Source of the DNA: Bdellovibrionia bacterium
GTDB taxonomy: Bacteria > Bdellovibrionota > UBA1018
Length of the DNA stretch: 17,516 nucleotides
Assembly: GCA_045805065.1 (NCBI GenBank)
Contig: JBJMMA010000031.1
Coordinates: forward strand, 1 to 17,516
Direction: 5' to 3'
The notes beneath the pieces were generated by a model. It searched no databases. It was given only the letters and a program-made list of their open reading frames with translations, and was not told where the DNA came from. Below are positions 1-8,837 of the stretch, in pieces. The stretch's first letter is position 1; each line of letters begins with the position of its first letter. The position numbers and the translations under genes were made by a program.

Positions 1-723
1 AACTAAAACCATAAACAACCCTAAAACGATATAATTGACAAAACAGAAGATGCGAGTCTGCTTTCCGTCACCGTGAAGCGTGAGAGGCTTTCCTTGAAGC
101 GCCTGAATGCAAAGCTCTGGAACCACGCGACCATCATCCGGACGCATGCGTGGGCCGTACGTGTTGAAAATACGGACAATGCCCACATTCAGGTTACGAG
201 CGCGAACCGCACTCGTCACATAAGCTTCAGAGAAACGCTTGGTCTCATCGTAACATGCGCGAGGTCCGATCGGATTGACGTTGCCCCAGTAATCTTCCTT
301 CTGTGGGTGAACGAGGGGATCGCCATAAACCTCAGACGTCGAAGCGAGCATAAAGCGCGCGCCGTACTTGACGGCAAGATCCACCATGAGCATGGTGCCG
401 AGCGAGTCGACAGCAAGGATTTCCATTGGGATTTTTTCAAAGTCGATCGGGCTTGCAGGGCAAGCAAAATGGAAAAGAGCATGAAGGCCATGCTTGCCGA
501 TGAACTCGATTTTCGCTTCGTCAAGAGGCTTGCAAACGTCCCACTCGATCAAACGAAAGCGATCGTTTTTCAGCGCTTCGGTGACATTCTTTTTTCTGCC
601 GGTCACAAAGTTATCGACTGCCGTCACAGAGTAGCCTTCTGCTAATAAACGCTCACAAAGATGCGAGCCAATAAAGCCCGAGCCGCCGGTGACAAGAATG
701 TGCTTTCCAGAGTTTGAGTTCAT
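1..723 (-). CDS. NAD-dependent epimerase/dehydratase, UDP-glucuronate decarboxylase (UDP-xylose synthase)-like; 3' end beyond the window
   Basis: Not in the ORF track; translated by hand from the ATG at 723: MNSNSGKHILVTGGSGFIGSHLCERLL...HFACPASP...ASTSEVYGDPLVHPQKEDYWGNVNPIGPRACYDETKRFSE...RIFNTYGPRMRPDDGRVV...GDGKQTR. It contains the GxxGxxG and YxxxK motifs and the UXS-typical STSEVYGDP/YWGNVNPIGPR. It overlaps the upstream GT stop as ATGA and stays open to base 1. Confidence 0.92.
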   Translation of the reverse strand, partial: MNSNSGKHILVTGGSGFIGSHLCERLLAEGYSVTAVDNFVTGRKKNVTEALKNDRFRLIEWDVCKPLDEAKIEFIGKHGLHALFHFACPASPIDFEKIPMEILAVDSLGTMLMVDLAVKYGARFMLASTSEVYGDPLVHPQKEDYWGNVNPIGPRACYDETKRFSEAYVTSAVRARNLNVGIVRIFNTYGPRMRPDDGRVVPELCIQALQGKPLTLHGDGKQTRIFCFVNYIVLGLFMVLV

Positions 724-1829
724 GCTTTTTTATCTAGCACACGACGGTAGATCCGGTCCATACGCGCTGCCAGTTCCTTTTCACTAAATCGATCCAATGT
801 TTTTTGACGAGCCTGCTCCGACGGCTTGGCGATGCGGCCTTGCCAGGCTTTGACCAATGCCTCCACAAGCGAGCGACGATCTTTCGGATAAATCCACGCC
901 GCCTCCTCCGGAGCTAATTCAGCCAATCCTTCTTGATGAGGAGGAATAGCAGACACAATCAGCGGCGTACGAGTCACAACCGCTTCGACCGGCGGTAAGC
1001 CAAATCCTTCGTAAAGAGAAGGGAACACAACTGCGCCTGCATGAGCGCGAAGCGCGCGCACGTCGGTATCCGACAGCCCCCCAACGGCTCGAACGCCGGG
1101 CACACCCGAGAACTCACCCATGCTCAAAACCAATGGCCAGTCGAGCTTGAAAATTTTTTGAGCTTCACGATAGGCCTCAACCAGGAATGGAATGTTTTTG
1201 TGAGGTTTCGCGTTCGACAGGCAGAGTAGATATTTTCCACTCAGAAGCTGATAACGTGAAAGAATCTCGCGGCATTGTTCGTCTGAGGGCGGATCAATGG
1301 ATTGAGCATCGAGCGCATTGTACGCGATCTCAATTTCATCAGCCGCAATTCCCATCCATTGAGCGATCTCTCTGCGAGAGAAATCAGAGACCGTCACCAC
1401 TTGCGCGGCTTTCTTAGCAAATGGCTTGAGAAGCCAGTTGTAGTAGATTTTCTGAGGCCTGCTTCCAAAGCTCAGATGATTAAGATCATGAATCGTCACC
1501 ACCCAGGGGCACGGCACTTTGAAGGGCCCAAAAGAGAAGAGACTGGAGAAGCTTGGGCTATGATAGAGGCTTGCGCCCTTTAAAACGCGGGGAAGCTCAA
1601 CCAGCTCTTTGCGCGCAAGAAATGCCGCACCCACTCTTCGAATCGACCAACCTTCAAAACTCTCTTGCGGAAAATCCTGGCAGACCAGGAAAACAGGTTC
1701 GTACGGGAGCTCGCCCTTTTCGGCTTCCAGGCGCTTGAGTCCTGAGGCCAAACGCGTGACATAGCGAGCGATCCCGTGAGGGACCACTTCGACCATTCGC
1801 GCATCGATATAAACTTCAGGCTTCTTCAC
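720..1829 (-). CDS. GT4 (GT-B) glycosyltransferase, mannosyltransferase-like
   Basis: Motifs IDAR...HGIARY, VVTIHDL, TVSDFSR, PHKN and FPSLYEGFGLPPVEA (Ex7E). GTG start overlaps the end of the ligase gene. Confidence 0.93.
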   Translation of the reverse strand: MKKPEVYIDARMVEVVPHGIARYVTRLASGLKRLEAEKGELPYEPVFLVCQDFPQESFEGWSIRRVGAAFLARKELVELPRVLKGASLYHSPSFSSLFSFGPFKVPCPWVVTIHDLNHLSFGSRPQKIYYNWLLKPFAKKAAQVVTVSDFSRREIAQWMGIAADEIEIAYNALDAQSIDPPSDEQCREILSRYQLLSGKYLLCLSNAKPHKNIPFLVEAYREAQKIFKLDWPLVLSMGEFSGVPGVRAVGGLSDTDVRALRAHAGAVVFPSLYEGFGLPPVEAVVTRTPLIVSAIPPHQEGLAELAPEEAAWIYPKDRRSLVEALVKAWQGRIAKPSEQARQKTLDRFSEKELAARMDRIYRRVLDKKA

Positions 1830-3069
1830 GACGCTCCAACCAAAGAAGTGACCACGCCACCATCCACATCGCCTGGTGAGTTACTTTGGCTTCCCAGAAG
1901 TTCACTTGCGTGACGCCGTTGAGTTGAAAAGCGATCCAGGCGCAAAGAAGACCTGAGGCAAAAACATCAGGCGCCGAGAGGCGACGTCTCATCGCGGCCC
2001 AGGCCATAGCAATGACAAGAAGGGACCAGGCAAGCCAGCTCAGGGCTCCAGCAATTCCGGTTCCACCCAGCATATCAAGAAGATTGTTGTGGGCATGGCC
2101 GCTGAACACGTCCTTGGTATTGAGCTTTTCCATCAAGTAGTAGCCCGAGAGCTCTTGATTATGCTTCCAGCCCACTCCAAGAAGAGGGCGCTCCTTTAAG
2201 AATTCCAGATTGGCTTTCCAAAGGTCAGCTCGCGTGGTCACCGAATACTGAAAGTCCCAGGCACTGAAACGCGCTTTGATCTGAGGAAGTTGACTGGCAC
2301 CCGCAATTCCCAGAACAAAAAGAACGACCACAGCTACCTTGGCGCGCTTTGGAAGGTTGATCACAAGCCAAGTAAAAATCGCGAGTGGGAGCGCTGCCCA
2401 AAGAGTCCGTGAATAAGTCAGAAAAAGTGCCGTAGCGCCCAAAGCGGCGGCAAGCCCCCAGAGCCATTGCTTCTTGCGCTTGAAAAAATCGAGGCTCGCA
2501 AAAAATGGGAAGATGAGAATGCTTGCAACCGAAAGATGATGTCCCAGAAAAAGGGTCGCGTGATAGCGAAGCGGCGGCGTAGGAGATGGAATTCCCTGAG
2601 GTCTTGGCCAACCGGTAAAGTGCTGAATCACTGCGATGACTCCCAAGACCGCGCAGGTCGCAATCCACGACGTGAGAATTTTCATTCTGCGCTCGGGACT
2701 CAAAGCCTTCAGACCCGCTGCCAGAGGAAGCGGCCAGAAAAGATACCAGAGCTTGAGGGAATCCTTGAGGACATGAACGTCCGCGGATTTTCCGCCGTAA
2801 GAAAGGGGCGCAAGCTTTGCCCAAACCAGGCTTCCGAAGCAGGACAGGGCCAGTGCAATTGAAACCCAAAGGTAGCGTCGCGCCCAGACAGAAGTTTTCA
2901 CATCCTCTCGGATCTGAGCCCAGAGAGCTTTTGGTCCGCCAAAAGCCCAGAGCAGAGCGACGACCAGAAGGGCTGTCCCGATGCTCATGACCGCCATCGA
3001 AATCAGAGTCGAAACGGCATAAACGCAGAGAGCAAGGGTCAGTAAGGATTGCCGATGGGTTGAGGGCAT
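1816..3069 (-). CDS. O-antigen ligase family (WaaL/Wzy_C-like) polytopic membrane protein
   Basis: Many TM segments plus LFLTYSRTLW, R..LWK...ERPLLGVG and GHAHNNLLDML motifs. Start reassigned to the ATG at 3069 (MPSTHRQ), directly after the upstream stop at 3071-3073. Confidence 0.9.
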   Translation of the reverse strand: MPSTHRQSLLTLALCVYAVSTLISMAVMSIGTALLVVALLWAFGGPKALWAQIREDVKTSVWARRYLWVSIALALSCFGSLVWAKLAPLSYGGKSADVHVLKDSLKLWYLFWPLPLAAGLKALSPERRMKILTSWIATCAVLGVIAVIQHFTGWPRPQGIPSPTPPLRYHATLFLGHHLSVASILIFPFFASLDFFKRKKQWLWGLAAALGATALFLTYSRTLWAALPLAIFTWLVINLPKRAKVAVVVLFVLGIAGASQLPQIKARFSAWDFQYSVTTRADLWKANLEFLKERPLLGVGWKHNQELSGYYLMEKLNTKDVFSGHAHNNLLDMLGGTGIAGALSWLAWSLLVIAMAWAAMRRRLSAPDVFASGLLCAWIAFQLNGVTQVNFWEAKVTHQAMWMVAWSLLWLERREEA

Positions 3070-3070
3070 A

Positions 3071-4039
3071 TCAAACTTTTCGCACGGATTTGCGGGAATG
3101 GGAAGCTGCGCGAGCGCGAGCTCTGCCCTTTCTGGCAAACTGGCAAAAGTTCACCAAATCACAGCGACCGCAGATCTCCTCAACGTAACGGTGACGGCAA
3201 AGATCGAGGATCCCGAGGCGCGCGAGCGCAAAGTCATAACGGGATGGATCCTGGGAATCACATTCTTTGAGAGAGGCCGTGACTTCCTGGGCTGCAAGCC
3301 AGTTCAAACTCTTTCGCTTGGTCAGTCCCAGGTACTGGCTGATCCGCCCGGTATGAGTATCGAGTGGCAGAACGAGCTGCGAGGGTTTCAAATAGCGCGA
3401 GCTTGGGAATGTTTTCTGAAGCGGGCTCCCCTTGCCCCAAAGCCCGGGATCTAATTCGTCTTTTCGACCCATCCAACGCAGAAACATACACCAGCGCTTA
3501 CAGCAGCTTCCGTCCTGAGGAGCGGTCAAAAGATAGGAGAACGATGGGCTCTTTTTAAAGAGAGCCGAAAGCCTGGGATCTTCCTGGACTGCCTTCTTCC
3601 AATCCCCGATGAGCCCATTCAGAGCATCAGAAATGTCGGGCGCGTCCGGTTCGAGGTGGGTCAGAAAATGACTTCCCAGGGAGCCGTACTTTTTCCAGCT
3701 GCGTCCTAAGAGAGCTGAGAGAAGAAGCAAGTCGGTTCCCACGTTGAACCGATGAGCAAAGCCCTCCAAGGCAGGGCTGCAGGTATCCACTTTTTCTTCG
3801 GCCTGCCGGACAAAGTTCGCCGGAGAGCCGGACAAACGACTCATCCTTCCCAAGAGATCGTCTACGGACTTTCGGATCTGCCGGACATTCCCATAAGCCA
3901 GGACGGATGCGAAAAGCGCCACCGCTTCCTGGTCCCAGGGGTCCTTGTACCGATGAACAAACTCCAGGGGATCCGACCAGAGAAATTCGGTCCGGTGATA
4001 CTGGCGAGTAAGGCGATCAAGAAAATCCCGGAGCTCCAT
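3071..4039 (-). CDS. TIGR02757/DUF2400-like protein (HhH-GPD/endonuclease III-related) with a C-terminal Cys4 cluster
   Basis: Motifs DPLEFVHRY..P.DQE, AYGNVRQI, CKRWCMFLRWM.R, DPGLW, PLDTH...LGLT.RK, DPSRYDFAL and a terminal CX8CX2CX5C. Start taken as the ATG at 4039 (MELRDF). Confidence 0.88.
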   Translation of the reverse strand: MELRDFLDRLTRQYHRTEFLWSDPLEFVHRYKDPWDQEAVALFASVLAYGNVRQIRKSVDDLLGRMSRLSGSPANFVRQAEEKVDTCSPALEGFAHRFNVGTDLLLLSALLGRSWKKYGSLGSHFLTHLEPDAPDISDALNGLIGDWKKAVQEDPRLSALFKKSPSFSYLLTAPQDGSCCKRWCMFLRWMGRKDELDPGLWGKGSPLQKTFPSSRYLKPSQLVLPLDTHTGRISQYLGLTKRKSLNWLAAQEVTASLKECDSQDPSRYDFALARLGILDLCRHRYVEEICGRCDLVNFCQFARKGRARARAASHSRKSVRKV

Positions 4040-4047
4040 AGGGATCA

Positions 4048-4077
4048 GATATACCGCAGTGCGCGCATCCACTTCAA
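4048..4077 (-). promoter_or_regulatory. Putative sigma70 promoter for the TIGR02757/glycan operon
   Basis: Minus strand reads TTGAAG (4077-4072), 18 nt, TATATC (4053-4048), then 8 nt to the ATG at 4039. No Shine-Dalgarno sequence is evident. Confidence 0.4.
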
Positions 4078-4138
4078 TATACGAAACGGGGTGATTTCAA
4101 ATGGATTCGGTGAGCCATTTATGCGAAAAAGAGTTCAC

Positions 4139-4690
4139 ATGAAAACCCGTGTCCTCTCAGGACTTTTTTTACTCATCCTGACCTGCCAGATGGGCGGATT
4201 TCCCGCCCTTTCCGGGAATGCTTTCGCAGCAGAACGGGCACCTGAACCGAGCGCTCCACCCTCCCTTTTCAAAAAATCGGCCCCTGAGTCCTTCCGTTGT
4301 CAGAGAATGTTTGTCTATGATGGCAAAGTTTACGGTTGTGATTCGAACGTGCGGCCAGATGGCGAAGGACTTCGCCCCTTGCTGAACGATGTGCCGGCAG
4401 CCAATGGTGAGCTGAATACTTACCAAACCAACCGTGCGACATTACGGAACACCGCTTATGCGGGTTCACTTGGGCTCGCACTGATGATCAGCGCCGCATT
4501 TTTAGGAAAAGGCCACGGCAAGCAAGCTTTGCTTTTGGGCGGTGGCGCGATCACGGCCGGCAGCTTCGTCTATGGCTTTACAAGCGCTCGAGCAAACGAA
4601 AGACATCTGGACGAGGCAGTTCGACTTCATAATTTAGCTAAACCTGATAAACCCATTGAGTTACAATTTTCGACCGGAATAGGGTTCTAA
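4139..4690 (+). CDS. Hypothetical exported/membrane protein
   Basis: Signal-peptide-like N-terminus (MKTRVLSGLFLLILTC...AFA), a Cys pair, two Gly-rich hydrophobic segments and a C-terminal Phe. The stop is 18 nt before carB. The track's extension to 3752 overlaps the opposite gene; an alternative start is at 4121. Confidence 0.7.
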   Translation: MKTRVLSGLFLLILTCQMGGFPALSGNAFAAERAPEPSAPPSLFKKSAPESFRCQRMFVYDGKVYGCDSNVRPDGEGLRPLLNDVPAANGELNTYQTNRATLRNTAYAGSLGLALMISAAFLGKGHGKQALLLGGGAITAGSFVYGFTSARANERHLDEAVRLHNLAKPDKPIELQFSTGIGF

Positions 4691-4708
4691 CCAGAGAGAC
4701 TGAAAAAG

Positions 4709-7700
4709 ATGCCAAGAAGACAAGATATTCGCAAAATTCTTCTCATCGGAAGCGGCCCAATCGTCATTGGCCAGGCTTGTGAGTTTGACTATTCGGGAAC
4801 CCAAGCCCTGAAGGCCTTGAAAGAAGAAGGCTACGAAGTCGTCCTGATCAACTCAAACCCTGCGACGATCATGACTGACCCGGAGCTCTCGGACAAAGTT
4901 TACGTTGAGCCTCTGACTCCTGAGTTCGTTGAACGCGTGATTGCGGCCGAAAAGCCACAAGCCCTCCTCCCAACCATGGGCGGTCAGACGGCCTTGAACT
5001 TGACGATGGAACTTCATCGCTCGGGTGTTTTGAAAAAGTATAACGTCGAAATCCTGGGCGCTCGCCCGGATGCGATCCATAAAGCAGAAGATCGCGAGAC
5101 CTTCAAAAAAACGATGAATGAGATTGGCGTCGATAGCGCGAAGAGCCGCGTTGTCCGCAATCTCGATGAAGCACGCCTCATGATCCGTGAGATCGGCTTG
5201 CCATTGATCCTGCGTCCGTCTTTCACCCTGGGCGGTGAAGGCGGCGGTACGGCTCATACGGAAGAAGAGTTTTTGCAAAAAGTTGAGCGCGCGCTTTTCT
5301 TGTCGCCAACTCATGACGTTCTTGTCGAAGAGAGCCTCATCGGCTGGAAAGAGTTTGAGCTCGAAGTCGTTCGCGACAAAAAAGACAACGTCATCATCGT
5401 CTGCTCGATTGAGAACTTCGATCCGATGGGCGTGCATACCGGTGACTCGATCACCGTTGCCCCTGCTCAGACGCTGACGGACCGCGAGTATCAAAACCTG
5501 CGCGATCAATCCAAACGCATCATCCGCGCCATTGGCGTTGAGACGGGTGGATCCAACATTCAGTTCGCCATTCATCCAAAAAATGGTCGCGTGATTGTCA
5601 TTGAGATGAACCCGCGCGTCTCCCGCTCTTCAGCTCTGGCATCCAAAGCAACGGGTTTCCCGATTGCTCGTGTCGCCGCAAAGCTTGCCGTGGGCTACAC
5701 GCTCGATGAGCTCACCAACGACATCACCGGCACCACGCCTTGCAGCTTTGAGCCATCGATTGATTACGTCGTCACCAAGATTCCTCGCTTTGACTTTGAG
5801 AAGTTCCGTCCAACGGAGCCAATTCTCACAACGCAGATGAAGTCCGTCGGCGAAGTCATGGCCATTGGCCGTACTTTTGAAGAATCCTTGGGCAAAGCGC
5901 TTGCGGGCCTTGAGACCGATGCCCCTTGGTTCATGCCTCTCGATCGTCAAAAAGGACTTCCAACTCCACCGAAAGCTTATGCTGACGACGTTCGTTGGGA
6001 TCTGATTGAGAACGCTCATCCAAAGCGTATCTGGGCAATCGGCGACGCGATCCGCAAGGGCGCATCCGTTGAAGAAATCTCGCGCCGTTCGCATATTGAA
6101 CTTTGGTTCTTGCAACGAATCGCCATTCACCTGGCTGAAGAGCAAACGCTTCGTTCCAAGCCATGGCCTCTGCCAGCTGAAGATCTTCAGCGCATCAAGC
6201 GCCGCGGCTGGACGGATCGCGCGATCGCAGGCGTTCTTGGAATCACTGAAGAGAAAGTTCGCCTGGACCGTGAGGCCGTGGGCGTTCATGCAGCGATTCA
6301 CTCCGTCGATACTTGCGCCGCTGAGTTTGAAGCCAAGACGCCGTATCACTACAGCAGCTATCACGGAAAAGATGAGTCTCGTCCATCAAGCAAGCCTAAG
6401 GTCATGATCCTGGGCGGTGGCCCGAACCGCATCGGCCAGGGCATTGAGTTTGACTACTGCTGCGTGCATGCAGCGATGTCGCTCCGAGCCGCAGGAGTTG
6501 AGACCATCATGGTCAATTCCAACCCTGAGACGGTCAGCACGGACTTTGATATTTCCGATAAGCTCTATTTTGAGCCTTTGACTCCAGAGCACGTTCTGAA
6601 CATCGCTCGCATCGAGAAGCCCATTGGCGTCATCGTTCAGTTTGGCGGTCAGACTCCGCTCAAGATCGCAAAGGCGATTGAGCGCGGGGGCTTGAAAGTC
6701 CTGGGCACATCCGTTGAGAGCATCGACGCTGCCGAAGACCGCGAAAAGTTCGAGAAAATCGTTCGCGAGCTCAAGCCTTTGGGCCTGGAACAACCTGAAG
6801 CGACGATTGCACGTACGCCAGCAGAAGCTGTCGAGCGCGCAAACACATTAGGCTATCCGGTCCTGGTTCGTCCTTCTTATGTTCTCGGTGGAAAAGGCAT
6901 GCGCATCGTTTATAGCGAAACCATGCTCCGCCAGTGGATTGAAGAAGCGATCCATGTCAGCGACGATCATCCCGTTCTCATTGACCGCTTTCTTGATCGC
7001 GCAACCGAAGTCGATATCGACGCCATCAGCGATGGCCGCGAGACTTTCATCGGTGGCCTGATGGAGCACATTGAAGAAGCTGGCATTCACTCAGGCGATA
7101 GCGCTTGCAGCTTGCCTGTTGCCACTCTGTCTGTGGCGATCACTGATCGTATCCGCACTTACACGCGCGAGCTTGCAAAGCGCCTGAAGGTCGTGGGTCT
7201 TATGAACGCGCAGTTTGCTGTTCAAGGCGATCGCATTTACCTGCTTGAAGTCAATCCACGCGCATCGCGGACGATCCCATTCGTCAGCAAAGCGGTTGGA
7301 AAGCCTCTCGCAAAGCTCGCAGTCCAGGTCATGCTTGGAAAATCGCTCCATGATTTGGGGATCCGCCAGGACTTCGACTTGGGACTCACCGCTTTCAATT
7401 TGAAGGCTCCCGTCTTCCCATTCCATAAGTTCCCGTCCGTGGACGTTCTTCTGGGACCAGAAATGAAGTCCACCGGTGAGGTCATGGGACGTGGAAGCAC
7501 GTTTGCGGGAGCTTACGCCAAAGCGTTGATCGCTGCAGGCATGAAGCTTCCGATGGAAGGAAATGTGTTCCTCTCGATCCGCAACGAAGACAAGGCCGAA
7601 GCTCTCACGATCGCTCGTGGACTTCGCGATCTTGGATTCAAGATCTGGGCAACGGGTGGGACGGCCAAGTTCCTCAATAGCTATGATCTTGGAGTTCAGC

Positions 7701-7936
7701 CGATCAATAAGTTCACCGAAGGCAGCCCTCACTGCGTGGAAGCCATTCAGGAAGGTCGCTTTGCACTGGTGATCAACACGACGTCCGATGAGCAAGCCAT
7801 CAAGGACAGTTTCACGATTCGTCGCGCGGCACTCGAGCGCAAGGTTCCTTACAGCACGGTTCTCTCCTCAGCGCGCGCAATGCTTGAAGCCATTCGCGAA
7901 CAGAAGAAGGGTCCGCTGGAACTCTTGCCGCTTTAA
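4709..7936 (+). CDS. carB: Carbamoyl-phosphate synthase large subunit
   Basis: [68 protein letters not shown] and [13 protein letters not shown], with a C-terminal MGS-like domain; 1075 aa. Confidence 0.99.
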   Translation: MPRRQDIRKILLIGSGPIVIGQACEFDYSGTQALKALKEEGYEVVLINSNPATIMTDPELSDKVYVEPLTPEFVERVIAAEKPQALLPTMGGQTALNLTMELHRSGVLKKYNVEILGARPDAIHKAEDRETFKKTMNEIGVDSAKSRVVRNLDEARLMIREIGLPLILRPSFTLGGEGGGTAHTEEEFLQKVERALFLSPTHDVLVEESLIGWKEFELEVVRDKKDNVIIVCSIENFDPMGVHTGDSITVAPAQTLTDREYQNLRDQSKRIIRAIGVETGGSNIQFAIHPKNGRVIVIEMNPRVSRSSALASKATGFPIARVAAKLAVGYTLDELTNDITGTTPCSFEPSIDYVVTKIPRFDFEKFRPTEPILTTQMKSVGEVMAIGRTFEESLGKALAGLETDAPWFMPLDRQKGLPTPPKAYADDVRWDLIENAHPKRIWAIGDAIRKGASVEEISRRSHIELWFLQRIAIHLAEEQTLRSKPWPLPAEDLQRIKRRGWTDRAIAGVLGITEEKVRLDREAVGVHAAIHSVDTCAAEFEAKTPYHYSSYHGKDESRPSSKPKVMILGGGPNRIGQGIEFDYCCVHAAMSLRAAGVETIMVNSNPETVSTDFDISDKLYFEPLTPEHVLNIARIEKPIGVIVQFGGQTPLKIAKAIERGGLKVLGTSVESIDAAEDREKFEKIVRELKPLGLEQPEATIARTPAEAVERANTLGYPVLVRPSYVLGGKGMRIVYSETMLRQWIEEAIHVSDDHPVLIDRFLDRATEVDIDAISDGRETFIGGLMEHIEEAGIHSGDSACSLPVATLSVAITDRIRTYTRELAKRLKVVGLMNAQFAVQGDRIYLLEVNPRASRTIPFVSKAVGKPLAKLAVQVMLGKSLHDLGIRQDFDLGLTAFNLKAPVFPFHKFPSVDVLLGPEMKSTGEVMGRGSTFAGAYAKALIAAGMKLPMEGNVFLSIRNEDKAEALTIARGLRDLGFKIWATGGTAKFLNSYDLGVQPINKFTEGSPHCVEAIQEGRFALVINTTSDEQAIKDSFTIRRAALERKVPYSTVLSSARAMLEAIREQKKGPLELLPL

Positions 7937-7961
7937 GCGGGCTTCCCACTTCGAGGGATTT

Positions 7962-8264
7962 ATGAACTTAGACAAAGGCGGCACTTGCTGGAATTGTGGC
8001 AGCGCCCTGACTCCACTCGATTATGGCAGGCAGGATACCTGTCGCAAATGCGGCAAGGATACTCGCGTCTGCAAAAACTGCGACTTTCACGATCGCTCCT
8101 ATAATAATGAGTGTCGTGAGTCGCAGGCGGACCGAGTCGTGGATAAGGAAAAAGCCAACTTTTGCGATTACTTCAACCCACGCTCTGGGGGCGGCGGAAA
8201 CGCGACTTCACGCGATGCACTCAAAGCCGCGGCTGACGCGCTCTTTAATTTCGACAAGAAGTGA
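7962..8264 (+). CDS. Small Cys-rich (putative metal-binding) hypothetical protein, 100 aa
   Basis: ATG at 7962 follows a GAGGGA SD-like sequence. Eight Cys: CWNC, CRKC, CKNC, ECRE and FCDYF. Confidence 0.8.
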   Translation: MNLDKGGTCWNCGSALTPLDYGRQDTCRKCGKDTRVCKNCDFHDRSYNNECRESQADRVVDKEKANFCDYFNPRSGGGGNATSRDALKAAADALFNFDKK

Positions 8265-8317
8265 ACGTCCGACCTGCCTGATCAGACTAGCGGGCCGTAA
8301 TAGTTGCTTTATTACTC

Positions 8318-8326
8318 TGTTATGCT
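8318..8326 (+). promoter_or_regulatory. Possible extended -10 element upstream of greA
   Basis: TGtTATGCT in an AT-rich intergenic patch, 15 nt before the greA ATG. Confidence 0.3.
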
Positions 8327-8341
8327 AATCCTGATGGGCAT

Positions 8342-8833
8342 ATGGCTGAGGACAAAGTCTCCGAAAAATTTCCAATGACCGTCAATGGCAAGCGTCTCTT
8401 AGACGAGGAGCTCAAGCATTTGATGACCGTTGAACGCCCTACTGTCGTCAAGGCGATTGAAGTCGCTCGGGGCCATGGTGATCTTTCGGAAAATGCAGAT
8501 TATTCTGCAGCGAAAGAGCGTCAGGGCTTTATCGAAGGCCGTATTCAAGACATCAACGGCAAGCTCGCTCGCGCTCAAGTCATCGATCCAACCACCATCG
8601 TGAGCGACAAAGTCGTTTTCGGCGCAACTGTTGTGATTGAAGAACAAGAGTCTGGCAAACGCACCACCTACCAAATCGTTGGCGTGGACGAAGCGGACAT
8701 CAAGAACGGCAAGGTCGGAATTACTTCTCCGATCGCACGCGCCATGATCGGAAAGTCCGAAGGGGACGAAGTGGTGGTCCATGCTCCCAAAGGCGAAATC
8801 CGCTACGACATTGTCAAAATCGAGTATAAATAG
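8342..8833 (+). CDS. greA: Transcription elongation factor GreA
   Basis: PMT..G...[40 protein letters not shown] and [12 protein letters not shown]; typical carB-greA neighbourhood. Confidence 0.97.
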   Translation: MAEDKVSEKFPMTVNGKRLLDEELKHLMTVERPTVVKAIEVARGHGDLSENADYSAAKERQGFIEGRIQDINGKLARAQVIDPTTIVSDKVVFGATVVIEEQESGKRTTYQIVGVDEADIKNGKVGITSPIARAMIGKSEGDEVVVHAPKGEIRYDIVKIEYK

Positions 8834-8837
8834 TCGA

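Noticed and set aside
73..645. 190-aa plus-strand ORF
   Set aside because: Antisense shadow of the UXS-like SDR gene on the minus strand, which carries all the conserved motifs.
2225..2869. 214-aa alternative-frame ORF within the O-antigen ligase gene
   Set aside because: Fully nested out of frame with no recognisable motifs; the main frame is intact, so there is no sign of frameshifting.
3752..4138. N-terminal extension of the 312-aa plus ORF
   Set aside because: Overlaps the TIGR02757-like gene on the opposite strand and the divergent promoter region; signal-peptide-like sequence begins only at 4121/4139.
4853..7795. Several long minus-strand ORFs (240, 244, 135 and 234 aa) inside carB
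   Set aside because: Typical antisense open frames produced by codon bias in a conserved gene; no independent motifs.
7928..7940. Short inverted repeat CCGCTT-T-AAGCGG over the carB stop
   Set aside because: Only 6-bp arms with a 1-nt spacer and no U-tract; too weak to call a terminator.
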